A stretch of DNA of 64,000 nt from NCBI GenBank assembly GCA_964016885.1, contig OZ024750.1, positions 41,292,001 through 41,356,000 on the forward strand, read 5' to 3'. Position numbers and translations under genes: made by a program. Positions 1-11,806 of this stretch are shown here, piece by piece. The first letter of the stretch is position 1. Every line of letters starts with the position of its first letter. Origin of the DNA: Eledone cirrhosa (taxonomy: Eukaryota). Below the pieces are notes generated by a model. That model worked only from the letters and a program-made list of their open reading frames with translations, searched no databases and had not been told where the DNA came from.

Positions 1-230
1 GGGATAATTGCTGGCCTTGTGCCTAAAGTAGAAACAATTATTATTATGGTAGAGTGTCAGCTAACATGCTTTGTGACATATAGTTATTGCCCCTTTACAT
101 TCTTAACTTTGCTTTTCATCCTTATGTGGTCAATAAAATTAAGCACCAGTAATGCACTGGGGTTGATTTAATTGATTTTTCCCTTCACCCAAAATTACTG
201 GCCTTGTGCCTAAATAAGAGACCATTATTA
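1..230 (+). mobile_element. Two remnants of a Meta-domain-like tRNA-derived SINE
   Basis: Contain aactttgcttttcatccttatg-ggtcaataaaa and the tail ctggccttgtgcctaaa-tagaaacaattattatt shared with fuller copies (872-1055, 3067-3245). Confidence 0.55.
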
Positions 231-344
231 TTTTTTTATAAGGGGGTTCCAAATTGACCCCTGGGTATGCTCCCATTATCGGGGATTTCTTTTGTTATGA
301 ATTGTTTTTGTTTCTTTGTTATTTATTATCTTTTCTTTGTACCC

Positions 345-507
345 ATGAGTTTGGCCCTTCCTTACATCATCCCAGGTTTTCTTAGGTTTTCCCCTGTTTC
401 CAATGGCTCCTTTCACTTCAAGTGCCCTGCATTTCTTTATGCAGCTGTCATCCTTCATATGCCTCATTTCTTTCCAATCTTCATAGAGATGAGGCGAGCA
501 TGCTCCA
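345..507 (-). mobile_element. RTE-clade LINE C-terminal fragment
   Basis: Translation HMKDDSCIKKCRALEVKGAIGNRGKPKKTWDDV matches the RGRP-x-KTW C-terminal motif also seen at 30420-30605 and 62220-62380. Confidence 0.7.
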
Positions 508-509
508 AT

Positions 510-540
<31 letters not shown>

Positions 541-559
541 GTATATATGTGTGTATGTG

Positions 560-2123
560 TGTGGCAGTCGCAGCAGAGACATTAAAGGCATCCAAAGTTA
601 AGACATGGGAGGATTTTTGGGTTAAGCTGGGACTCGACTTCAGATCAGCAAATAAAGTGTTCTGGTAGACCATCTGCCAACTTTGTAATAAGAATTCCTC
701 CTCCACACCAGATACCAGGAACACAGCTGAGGTTCTTCTCATTTCAGAGCAAGGGGGTGAGAATACTTTGCTGATTTCCTAAACTTGATCACAACAGCAT
801 CTTCTGATGTACATGAGATGTATCTGGGAGTGGGGACTAATCTGTCAGAGGCTGAGGTCACATGAACAATTAATTGTTTCTACTTTAGGCACAAGGCCAG
901 CAATTACCCAGTACATTACTGGTACTTTATTTTATCGACCCCGTAAGGATGAAAGGCAAAGTTAACCTTGGCGGGATTTGAACTCAGACCGTAAAGGGAC
1001 GTAACTATGTTAGAAAGCATGGCGTCCAACCCTCTACCGATACTGCCAATCCATCACCCTGAACAATTAATGAGCTCAAATATGACAAGGCCTCTGGGGA
1101 TGATGAAATTTGGTCCAAGAAGGTACTCTCTGGCTGACTCGTGTGTGGTTGGTGGCCTGGATCTCTGGAAAGGCAATGGTAAACGGGAATGATGATCCCT
1201 ATTTTCAGAAAGGGAGATGAGAGATTGCTCCAAGTACAAAAGGATCACCTTGTTAAGTTTCCTCAGTAAAGTCTATTCTAAGTGTTTGGCAAAGAGATAT
1301 AAGGAGTTTATCAAGTCCAAGCTAGCTGATGAATAGTTTGATTTTCACCTCGGATGCAGCATAGCCAACCAAATATTCACACTGCAGTAGAGAAATCATG
1401 GGAGTACTGCCAAGAGGTGTATTCTTGCTTTGTAGACTTCGAAAAGACATATGACCGTGTTCTATTGGAGCTGCTGTGGAAGGCAGTATGGGATCGATGG
1501 ACAGCTTCTTGTTGCCTTGATGTCTCTATACAAATGCCTGAGTATTTGTGTTCAGAAAATGGTGCTAAATCGAAACCATTCAATGTTGGAGTTAGAGTTG
1601 GACTCTGTTAAAAGTATGTAGTGTTACCTCTCCTGTTCATAATCTTCATGAATAGAATTGACATGCACAGCTGGTTTGGAAATGGTATGACAACTGCCAA
1701 GTACTGCACAGCAGGAATGATAATCAATGCTGTGAAGACTGGGACAGAGGTCCTCTCAAGGAAGCCTGCACATTTCACTCTACATGGAGTTCCACTGAAG
1801 CAGATGGAGAAGTTCAATTATCTCAGGGCCGTGTTCATGACTGATGGAAGGCAGAAGCTGAATTAAGAGCAAGAATTGCAGGAGCTGGTGCAGTATTTGG
1901 TAATCAGAAGAAAGGACGTAGGCGTAGAAGCCTTCAATTCGGTATACATGCCAACCCTTACCTATGGTCATGAATGTTTGGTAATGACCAAAAGAATACG
2001 ATCACAAATACAAGTAGCCGAAATGGTGTTTCTCCAAAGGACCCGTGGAGTAACATTACTCGGTAGAGTGTGTAGTTCGGAGATCAGAGAGATGCTCCAA
2101 GTAGAGACACTACTTCTCCAAAT
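560..2123 (+). mobile_element. Degraded RTE-clade LINE reverse transcriptase region with stops and frameshifts, interrupted by a SINE
   Basis: ORF pieces EKSWEY..VYSCFVDFEKTYDRV, KSKPFNVGV, LPLLFIIFMNRI, LKQMEKFNYL and YMPTLTYGHECLVMTKRIRSQIQVAEMVFL follow the RT and thumb order of non-LTR ORF2. Confidence 0.8.
872..1055 (-). mobile_element. Meta-domain-like tRNA-derived SINE
   Basis: Minus strand has A-box-like tggcagtatcggtag, B-box gagttcaaatcc, central gttaactttgcctttcatccttacggggtcgataaaataaagtaccag and an attatt tail. At least 8 copies occur in the window. Confidence 0.8.
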
Positions 2124-2260
2124 TAGGGGAACACACCGCGATCCTTTGTCATTACCTCTGTGAATCTCAGTGATTTGAGGTCAGCTCTCACAGCCTTTGC
2201 TCAGGTCTTTCTTGGTGTATCTCTACCACAACTTCCTTCCACTGGCATTTCTTGGCACTT

Positions 2261-2292
<32 letters not shown>

Positions 2293-2334
2293 CACGCACA
2301 AAGTGCCAAGAAATGCCAGTGGAAGGAAGTTATA

Positions 2335-2676
2335 GAGGCACATGGCTTAGTGGTTAGAGCATTGGCCTTGCAATCAAAAGCTTGTGAGTTCAATTCTCAG
2401 ACCGGGTGATGTGTTGTTTCCTTGAGCAAGACACTTTATTTCACATTGCTCCAGTTTACTCAGCTGTAGAAATGAGATGATAGGGACTGGGGTCCCTATC
2501 ATTCCACTGCAAAGTGGTCGTGGAGGTGCCACGGCAAAAAAGCACCCAGCACTCACTGTAAATGAGGTTGGTGTTAGGAAGGGCATCCAGCTGTAGAAAT
2601 CAAGCCAGAATCAGTTCCCGTCCCACCCTTGCAAGCAGGGAAAAGCGGACGTAAAATGAAATGATGATGATGATGA
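2335..2676 (+). mobile_element. CORE-type tRNA-derived SINE with RTE-derived 3' tail
   Basis: A box tggcttagtgg, B box gagttcaattc, MIR-CORE-like ccttgagcaagacactt...ctcagctgtagaaatgag. The 3' end cccgtcccacccttgcaagcagggaaaagcggacgtaaaatga(tga)n is the same as the LINE end at 62384-62445. Confidence 0.85.
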
Positions 2677-2689
2677 TATATATATATAT

Positions 2690-3870
2690 AAATTAATAAA
2701 AACAAAGAAACAGTTCCTTATATTAAAAAATTCATCATTTTACGATCGTTTCTAGAATATATATGTGTGTTGGTATGTATATTATATAGATCTATGTAAA
2801 AATTTTACAAACTATCAGAGGAAATATACATACCTACACATATATATGCTGTCTTCAGAAATAATTGTTTCTACTTTTGGCACAAGGACAGCAATTCCCC
2901 AGTGCATTACTGGTACTTTATTTTATCGACCCTGTAAGGATGAAAGGCAAAGTTAACCTCGGCGGGATTTGAACTCAGAATAGCAAGGGCCGTAACTCTA
3001 TGCGTCAAAGCATGACGTCCGACCCTCTAACAATACTGCCAATTCACCGCTGTCTGCAGAAATAATTGTTTCTACTTTAGGCACAAGGCCAGCAATTACC
3101 CAGTGCATTACTGGTACTTTATTTTATCGACCCCGTAAGGATGAAAGGCAAAGTCAACCTCGGCGGGATTTGAACTCAGATCGTAAAGGGACGTAACTAT
3201 GCTGGAAAGCATGGCGTCCGACCCTCTACCGATACTGCCAATCCACAGAAATAATGATATTTGTTTATTGAAAAAAACCCAACAAAGATTTAATATAATA
3301 GGTCTGTTTGGGAACAGGTTTTGAATTGACCAATAGAAAAGTAGTAAACGGTCAAGTTGATAGAATAGTAGTAGTAGAAATTTAATTTAGGGGTAGAGGA
3401 ATGCAGACTTAAGTTTTGAATAGAAAGAATACTTTGAATGAAAAGATTACTTTGGGGATGAAAAGAGGTCAAGCCAGTGAAGGGTACACGAAAATTTGAT
3501 GTTATTAAAGAATAATGCTAATGTTAAAATCGAAGGAGAATAAAATTTTAGGGTAAATGTGTTAGTGAGAAATACCAATCTTATTTAAAACACAAGGAAT
3601 TTAGATCTATAACAAGAAATTAAATTAATTTAATTGATAGGTATACTTATAGGGATAAATTTATATTAATTCATATAGATGTGATAAATAAGAGTTAGAT
3701 GTTATTAAAGAATGTTAAAAACGAAGGAAAAAATTTTTTTGGCATAAATGTATTAGTGAGAAATAACAAACTTATATAGACTACAAGGAATTTAGATTCA
3801 TAACAGGAAATTAAAATAGTTTATATGTATACTTATAGGTATTAATTTTAGGAAAAGAGAGGTGTAAATA
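2690..3870 (-). mobile_element. AT-rich 3' region of a Penelope-like/HHR element (family E), split by two SINEs
   Basis: 2690-2865 is homologous to 29199-29393. The host sequence resumes at 3246 after target-site duplications of cagaaataat. It carries HHR boxes CTGAAGA and GAAACGATCGTA on the minus strand. Confidence 0.6.
2866..3245 (-). mobile_element. Two tandem Meta-domain-like SINEs inserted at the same site
   Basis: Copies lie at about 2866-3048 and 3067-3245. The flanking repeat (gctgtct-)cagaaataat occurs at 2848-2865, 3049-3066 and 3246-3255. Confidence 0.8.
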
Positions 3871-3872
3871 TA

Positions 3873-4049
3873 TATATTAAAATAACAGATTAGTTTCAGA
3901 AGATCCCGTTAAGGGTGAAAGCAGCGATTCTTTGCTTAAACTTTAATCTGTTATTTTAATAAATATTTGCTCTATGGTTCTTATATATTTGATATATATT
4001 TATCCTTATCGAGCCCTCTTTGGATTTTAGTCTTCAAATTTATTATTAT

Positions 4050-4050
<1 letters not shown>
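3873..4050 (+). mobile_element. Short inverted insertion in (TA)n with a degenerate HHR-like core
   Basis: Inverted pair ttaaaataacagatta / taatctgttattttaa. The motif cagaaga-tccc-gttaa-gggt-gaaa has one mismatch to CTGANGA. 3965-4013 is the reverse complement of 27997-28047. Confidence 0.45.
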
Positions 4051-4084
<34 letters not shown>

Positions 4085-4086
<2 letters not shown>

Positions 4087-4430
4087 AATGGCAATTTCTG
4101 TCGGTTTGTTTGTTTGTGAACCTAAAACTCAAAAACTACAAAACCGATCTTGATGAAACTTGACACGTGTGTGGGGCTCATGCCCATTTGATTTCTTACG
4201 TATATTTCATTTTAATCAAAGGGTTTCCCGGGGGCACAAGCCCCCCACTGAAAATATTTTCCCTTCAATTTATATGAAATTTAAACCATAGGTAAATAAC
4301 AAAATATGATACCTATTCACAAAATCTCAGCAAATTTCAATAATATTAAGACACCCTAAAGGGAGTTCTATTTTTTTCCTTATAGCAACACTCAACTTCT
4401 CTGACAAACATTTTTTCGCCTGACCAATGC
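4085..4430 (+). mobile_element. Non-autonomous Helitron/Helentron-like fragment
   Basis: (gttt)n followed by cctaaaactcaaaaactacaaaaccgatcttgatgaaacttgacac, similar to the 5' part of the Helitron at 27489. Confidence 0.45.
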
Positions 4431-4885
4431 AATCAACAATATTTGTTTGTATTATTGTTTCGTAAATGAATTTGTCTTCGCTTTTGATTATCTGTCCTAT
4501 ATTTTGATTTCATTTTGGGTCTGAGAGGCATTGAGCATTTTAATGGGAACTGGCAAAGTACCAGTCTAGTACTGGGGTTGATTCTTCCTCTCTGGAAGAA
4601 ATCTGCTGTACTCAGGCTTAGAGAGGGATGGGCTCCAAAGAAATGTATCTCAATACAGCACCACTACAACTTTATCAGGAGTTACAGGACCACACCATAC
4701 ACAATATCCCTGCATGTTATAAGAGGCAACTGAAATGGTTGGCATCAAGAAGGGAATCCGACTATAAAACAGTGTCTTGAACCATCCCATTCAACCCATG
4801 CTAGCATAGTGGACATGAAAACAATGATAGTAATGATAGTCAATAAATAAAAAATTAGTCTATTTGAATTGTATTTTTAATTCCA

Positions 4886-4907
4886 TTTTCTTTTCTTTAT
4901 TCCTTAG
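4886..4907 (+). promoter_or_regulatory. Splice acceptor (polypyrimidine tract + AG) 6 nt upstream of the torsin ATG
   Basis: ttttcttttctttattccttAG|atagaaATG. The exon start is in frame with the ORF. Confidence 0.7.
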
Positions 4908-4913
4908 ATAGAA

Positions 4914-5840
4914 ATGGCTAACCAAGTGACGTCCAAAGGATATTCTTTCTTTCAGATATTATCTTTTGTAATAAGTTTCATTCTCCTTCTTACATATTTT
5001 TTTTGTCATGAAATTCCAGCCTGGAATAAATATTCTGTGACTGAATCTTTATCAAGAAAGTTGGTTGGTCAAGATTTAGCCATCCAGCTTGTTGTAGACT
5101 CGTTAACTGACTATGTAACTGCATCAAAGACTAAGAGTAATCGAAAACCACTGGTTTTGTCTTTTCATGGAGGTACAGGTGTTGGCAAAACTTACTTGGC
5201 TTCTCTTCTCCATAACTATTTTCCTAAATATACACAATTTTCTGTATTCTCTTTCTTTCATCATTATAATTTAAATTCTGCAGAAGAGAACAAAAACAAA
5301 ATTCTTAATTGGGTACAGGAGTCTATATCACCATGTGACTGGAATATATTTGTTCTCGACGATTTCAATGATAAAGGATCTGTTCAACAAAATCTCGTGG
5401 AGACTTTGACATCTTTAGAACAATATTTTTTCTATAGATATAATTTTATTATATTTATAATCATAAGTAATATAAATTCTGAAAATATTAATAATGTTGT
5501 GTACAGAAATGCTGAAAATGGCAACCAGAAAAGATTAGAATTGGCCGATTTTAATCCCGAATTTAATGAGAATGGTCCAAATGGCTGGTTTTTCAAATTA
5601 CACAAACAGGGTCTTATTGATGCTGTAATCCCATTCTTTCCACTTGATAAAGCCAATGTTTTACACTGTATTAAAACTGAACTATCCAATCATCATCAAA
5701 TTACAAATGAAGACCTTGCTTTGAAAATTTTGGAGGACATTCCTTTTGACTCTACCAAAGCTTTAAACAATGAATATTCTAAAACTGGCTGCAAAAAAGT
5801 ATCTGATAAAATATATTTGTGGATGAATAAAGCTAATTGA
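4914..5840 (+). CDS. TOR4A: Torsin-family AAA+ ATPase, most like torsin-4A; single coding exon, N-terminus may extend through an upstream exon
   Basis: N-terminal hydrophobic segment, then torsin motifs LVGQDLA, KPLVLSFHGGTGVGKT (Walker A), IFVLDD (Walker B), IDAVIPFFPL and YSKTGCKKV (torsin GCK sensor II). The family call is strong. The TOR4A assignment rests on the GK[S/T] and LDD variants and is less certain. Confidence 0.85.
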   Translation: MANQVTSKGYSFFQILSFVISFILLLTYFFCHEIPAWNKYSVTESLSRKLVGQDLAIQLVVDSLTDYVTASKTKSNRKPLVLSFHGGTGVGKTYLASLLHNYFPKYTQFSVFSFFHHYNLNSAEENKNKILNWVQESISPCDWNIFVLDDFNDKGSVQQNLVETLTSLEQYFFYRYNFIIFIIISNINSENINNVVYRNAENGNQKRLELADFNPEFNENGPNGWFFKLHKQGLIDAVIPFFPLDKANVLHCIKTELSNHHQITNEDLALKILEDIPFDSTKALNNEYSKTGCKKVSDKIYLWMNKAN

Positions 5841-5929
5841 TTTGTTAAATTCAGTGATTCTCTAGTTGTTTGTGACATTTAAATGGTTTGTGACCATTCA
5901 GCCAGATATGGCTGAATGGTCACAAACGA

Positions 5930-6092
5930 TTCAGCCATATCCGGCCAGAATTCTCTCACCTCTTTCTAGTCAAACTGGTCATGACTGGCCACTCATACTG
6001 ATATTCTCAAAATGAATATCAAAATCTCATAAATTCGATATTATGTGAAAATACAATTGTATATATAGAATAATGTAACTGCTAAAGGGTTA
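5930..6092 (+). mobile_element. piggyBac-type MITE remnant
   Basis: Homologous to 50777-51140 and ends ctgctaaaggg-TTAA. Confidence 0.65.
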
Positions 6093-6660
6093 ATACCACA
6101 TGTACCAATCTCTGGATATGGCCCACTAATACCACATGTACCAATCTCTATGGCCCACTAATACCACATGTACCAATCTCTGTGACCCACTAATACCACA
6201 TGTACCAATCTCTATGGCCCACTAATACCACATGTACCAATCTCTATGGCCCACTAATACCACATGTACCAATCTCTGTGACCCACTAATACCACATGTA
6301 CCAATCTCTGGATGTGGCCCACTAATACCACATGTACCAATCTCTATGGCCCACTAATACCACATGTACCAATCTCTATGGCCCACTAATACCACATGTA
6401 CCAATCTCTATGGCCCACTAATACCACATGTACCAATCTCTGTGACCCACTAATACCACATGTACCAATCTCTGTGACCCACTAATACCACATGTACCAA
6501 TCTCTATGGCCCACTAAAACCACATGTAGCAATCTCTGTGATCCACTAATACCACATGTACCAATCTCTGTGACCCACTAATACCACATGTACCAATCTC
6601 TGTGACCCACTAATACCACATGTACCAATCTCTGTGACCCACTAATACCACATGTACTAA
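6091..6660. repeat. 32-bp minisatellite, about 17 copies
   Basis: Unit taataccacatgtaccaatctctatggcccac. Confidence 0.95.
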
Positions 6661-6771
6661 TCCTAATTTATTCATGTGAACACATCACTCATGCTTTTCA
6701 CATTTTCCTTAACTTTTTTATACCAATCCATCCAGAAACTGACTGGTTCTACGGACCAAAATCACTCATTT

Positions 6772-7802
6772 TATTAGCATTCACATTACTCTATATATAT
6801 ACTATTGTATTTTCATGGTAAAGGCTTTACCTCACATAACAGTTACATTACTCTATATATACTATTGTATTTTCATGGTAAAGGCTTTACCTCACATAAC
6901 AGTTACATTACTCTATATATACTATTGTATTTTCATGGTAAAGGCTTTACCTCACATAACAGTTACATTACTCTATATATACTATTGTATTTTCATGGTA
7001 AAGGCTTTACCTCACATAACATTCACATTACTCTATATATACTATTGTATTTTCACAGTAAAGTCTTTACCTTACATAATATCTCACATAACATTTACAT
7101 TACTCTATATATACTATTGTATTTTCACAGTAAAGGCTTTACCTTACATAATATCTCACATAACATTTACATTACTCTATATATACTATTGTATTTTCAC
7201 AGTAAAAGCTTTACCTCACATAATTTCACATAACATTTACATTACTCTATATATACTATTGTATTTTCACAGTAAAGGCTTTACCTCACATAATATCTCA
7301 CATAACATTCACATTACTCTATATTTACTATTATATTTTCATGGTAGAGGCTTTATCTTACATAATATCTCACATAACATTTACATTACTCTATATATAC
7401 TATTGTATTTTCATGGTAAAGGCTTTACCTCATAATTTCACATAACATTTACATTACTCTATATATACTATGGTATTTTCACAGTAAAGTCTTTACCTCA
7501 CATAATATCTCACATAACATTCACATTACTCTATATATACTATTATATTTTCATGGTAAAGGCTTTACCTTACATAATATCTCACATAACATTCACATTA
7601 CTCTATATTTACTATTGTATTTTCATGGTAAAGGCTTTACCTCACATAATATCTCACAATATCGAATCTATGAGATTTTGAAAGTATTTATTTTGAGAAC
7701 AATACCTTAACATCAGTATGAGTGACCAGTTACAGCCAGTTTCAACAGAAAGAGGTAGAGAATTCTGGTCGGTTTTGGCCAGTTTGAACATTAAAGGGTT
7801 AA
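6772..7802 (-). mobile_element. piggyBac-type MITE with an internally expanded 60/72-bp tandem array (about 6775-7660)
   Basis: Reverse homologue of 50777-51140, ending aaaggg-TTAA. Unit cattactctatatatactattgtattttcatggtaaaggctttacctcacataa. Confidence 0.8.
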
Positions 7803-8714
7803 AAGGTTCCTATTGAAATTATAATCTTCCAACATAATTTGATTTAAGAACCTTTTGTTATGTTACAAATACTATCTTAATAATGACATCATCATCATCA
7901 TCACACAGGTATTGTAAATCCACCCCTTGGTAACTAATGGCAACCAGAGTGTCTCAAGCATTGGGAGAAGCTGCCTAAACTTGTTCCATGCAGAGTTCAT
8001 AATTAATTCAAATAGAATATATTTCATTAGAGGTGCATTAATGAAAGAGTTAAGTACTTCAGGAGGTACCGGTGGACCTTAACTCTTGCGCTCACACTAA
8101 AGTTTAACAGATTCAATTTTGACACTACATTTTGTTTGCATATGTAATTGGTTGTTACAAGTTCAATACAATACAATTCATTCATTAAGAGTTCTAATTA
8201 CAACAGATCCTTCTGTAATTTATTAATCTTAAATTGCTTTGTTTTCATCATAATAGATTTAATCCAGTTCTAATGAAGGAATCAGAAATTGGAGGGGGTT
8301 TAGTGGTTGATGTTAGGGAGGGTACCCAGCCAAAATAGTGTGGTTGGTGTTAGAAAGGGCACCCAATACAGTTCCATTTGAGGAAGGTATGGTGTGGTCA
8401 ACTGGCCAGACTTGTCAGTTGGAGGAGGAGAAGAAGACAAACAGCAACCATGACTTCAATATCAATAAGTCTTCAATCTATATGTAAATATTGTTAGCTA
8501 CTCCAATGTATCTTATATTCACATCTATTAGATATGTCTCTATTCATCTATTCATTGCCCAATATGGAATGCTTGTATACTACTTTCCAACAGACTTAAT
8601 TTAAGCTTAAAAGAGGGACTAATTTTCAATATTTATTCTTTCACTGGTTTCAGATTGTGGTTATTGTCAATCCCCACTTTAAAGTTGATCATATCAACCT
8701 CAATACTTATTTTA

Positions 8715-9150
8715 TTGGGGAGACCCAAGATGACCTGGGATGAGGTGATAAAAGCCGACCTTACCCAATTACACCTCTCAAAGACAATGACACACGACCA
8801 TGACTTCTGGCGTCACGCAGTAATACAGAGTACCCGACCTCCCATGGGTACATGCTGAAGCATATAAACAATATGCCCCCCCCCCCCCACCGCAAGGTGT
8901 TCGTGGAGGTGCCACGGCAAAAAAGCACCCAGCCCACACTGTAAAGTGGACGTGTAGGCGCCACGAAAAAGCACCCAGCACTCACTGTAAATGAGGTTGG
9001 TGTTAGGAAGGGCATCCAGCTGTAGAAATCAAGCCAGATCAGTTCCTGTATGAGCAAGGCATGGTCAGCCGACCAGACACTGCACACAACAGGACAACCC
9101 GTCTAACCCATGCTAGCATGGAAGAACGGACGTAAAACGGTGATGATGAT
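8715..9150 (+). mobile_element. 3' end of an RTE-clade LINE (ORF end, 3' UTR and (tga)n tail)
   Basis: GRPKMTWDEVIKADL...[17 protein letters not shown]. Another copy lies at 24287-24630. Confidence 0.75.
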
Positions 9151-9199
9151 TGGTCTATTTTTGTCAAACCACTAAGTTATAGGATATAAAGAAGATACA

Positions 9200-9573
9200 T
9201 GGGCTTATACGATGCACCTCAATTTGGGCAAGCCATTTAAAAAAAATAAATGAGTTTAAACTACGAATGACGCATGAGAAGTATAAAGTTTGTACATCAT
9301 ATCCTTTTTTTTTTTTTGCTATCATCATTCTACATGGTAACTAGTAATATTTTAGTACATTTTAAAAAAAAAGAAGTGTTTGCAGTTTAATTTAAGGGCC
9401 ATTGCAGCTCTAGGACTCCACTAACCCAATTTAAGGGCCACTACAGCACTAGGACTCCACTGACCAGTAACTCTACCTGACCCAGGGCCACTACAGCACT
9501 AGGACTCCACTGACTCTTGACCTTATAAGACGCAGGGTGAATTTTTGGAAGAAAAAATGCGTCTTATACGGTA
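9200..9573. mobile_element. Possible Tc1/pogo-type MITE with short internal repeats
   Basis: Terminal hairpin ttataagacgca...tgcgtcttatacggta and three copies of agggccactacagcactaggactccact. Confidence 0.4.
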
Positions 9574-9696
9574 TATTCTTGTCTTTCTGAGATATTAGAT
9601 ATTTTCATGTCACTTTCTTTTCTGCATGTTACACTTCCCAGTTAGCCTAACCAAAAATGTTTTCATACCTTGTGATATAAGAGTATAAGCTAAATA

Positions 9697-9855
9697 ATGA
9701 TTTCTACTATAGGCACAAGGTCAGCAATTTTGTGTGAGGGGGAAAGTTGATTTTATCGACCCCGTAAGGATGAAAAGTAAAGCTAACCTCGGCGGGATTT
9801 GAACTCAGAACGTAAAGGGGCGTAACTCTATGTTACATACCATGTTATCCGACGT
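9697..9855 (-). mobile_element. Meta-domain-like SINE
   Basis: Same family as 872-1055. Confidence 0.7.
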
Positions 9856-11061
9856 TCTTGCTTGGTAGATTTGTACGAAGGACATTATAAGTTTGGACAA
9901 AACTAGAAATATAAGGGAAGTAACTCAGATTCATTTTCAAACAAAAATTTAAGGGGGGTAACTCAGCTATAAAAATTTATACCTGAAAATATTCGGATTT
10001 TTCTTTTTTTTTCCAAATTGAGAGATTATATCTCCGATACTATGGCCATGTGGTTAGAATGTCTCAGGAAAGAATGGCTGAACAGATTTTACAGGCAAAA
10101 CAAACTGGCAGGAAGGTCTGAGGTAGACTCCGAGCAAGAAGAAGAAATAGTAGTAGTTTAGGATGTACCAAATATACCACGATTACTGGATATATTGAAC
10201 ACAAACTTAGAAACTAGCATTTTGATACAATAAGGGCTTACATAAAAGAAAGGGCCACTACCACATTACAGAGTGGACCTGGTGTAACACCACCACATGT
10301 AACACTACCATCACCACCACCACCACCCACACTGTCCCTCCTCCCTCAGTAAATTATAAAAATCACAAAGAGTCTAGCCTGTAGCAACACCAACGTGTTG
10401 CTACAGGCTACCCTCCTATGTAGAGTTGCTACAGGCTAGCCCCCATGTAGCTTTTGCTGGCGTCTTACATGGTTTCATTGGAAGTTTCTGGGTGTTTTAA
10501 GGATAGTGTCCTGAGCTCTATGATGAAAAAATTCTTCCTCTTGACACCAAACTGTTCACAAGTTAACCCCCAGCTGCTACTGGCACTCACATTTTGATAT
10601 AAGGGTTATAGGAAGGGCATCCTGCCATAGAAACAATGTCCCAAACGTAAAGCAAGACATGGACTCCGGTCCATTTGGGAAGATAATAGTTCCAGTTGAG
10701 TACAGTGTTATTTTTTTGATGATCCAGCCAATCCATATCAGTATGGAATAAAACTGACATTAAGCAATGATGATGGTGATGATGCTGATTATAATGGGGG
10801 AGACAGGAACAATAACACAATGTCCTGCCTAGTCCCGGAAACCTCATGAATGTGGGTCCAACACTCTAAACCATTAGGCCACAATGTGGTACCACAACCA
10901 GTTGATTGAGAATTCATCATCCGAACCACTAGGCCAGATGATATGAGTTAGCACAAACTTGTGCCAACCAGTGAAGATTGATGGAAAGATATGCAGCCCG
11001 GTATATAGAAAGGTGGTTGAGATAAACATGCAGGATACAAGGGCCAGATTAAGGTTGTATA

Positions 11062-11806
11062 TAGGATCCCTGACTGTATGTTAGGGTCATATATAGGATC
11101 CCTGGCTGTATGTTAGCGTCTTACATATGGGATCCCTGACTGTATGTTAGGGTCTTACATATAGGATCCCTGGCTGTATGTTAGGGTCTTATATATGGGA
11201 TCCCTGGCTGTATGTTAGGGTCTTATATATAGAATCCCTGGCTGTATGTTAGGGTCTTACATATGGGATCCCTGACTGTATGTTAGGGTCTTACATATAG
11301 GATCCCTGGCTGTATGTTAGGGTCTTATATATGGGATCTCTGGCTGTATGTTAGGGTCTTGTATATGGGATCCCTAGCTGTATGTTAGGGTCTTACATAT
11401 GGTATCCCTGACTGTATATTAGGGTCTTATATATGGGATCCCTGGCTGTATGTTAGGGTCTTATATATGGGATTCCTGGCTGTACGTTAGGGTCTTATAT
11501 ATGGGATTCCTGGCTGTATGTTAGGGTCTTATATATGGGATCCCGGGCTGTATGTTAGGGTCTTATATATAGAATCCCTGGCTGTATGTTAGGGTCTTAC
11601 ATATGGGATCCCTGACTGTATGTTAGGGTCTTACATATAGGATCCCTGGCTGTATGTTAGGGTCTTATATATGGGATCTCTGGCTGTATGTTAGGGTCTT
11701 ATATATGGGATTCCTGGCTGTACGTTAGGGTCTTATATATGGGATTCCTGGCTGATGTTAGGGTCTTATATATGGGATCCCTGGCTGTATGTTAAGGTCT
11801 TATATA
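11062..11806. repeat. 34-bp minisatellite, about 22 copies
   Basis: Unit gggatccctggctgtatgttagggtcttatatat. Confidence 0.95.

Noticed and set aside
2335-2410. Functional tRNA gene (TGC anticodon-like loop)
   Set aside because: It is the head of a multi-copy SINE that runs into the CORE domain, with no proper acceptor stem or terminator.
6805-7435. 142-aa and 206-aa ORFs
   Set aside because: They are translations of the 60/72-bp tandem array inside a MITE.
10375-10450. 16-bp hairpin tagcctgtagcaacac/gtgttgctacaggcta as a terminator or ncRNA
   Set aside because: It is isolated and locally repeated, most simply a small transposon remnant or local inverted duplication.
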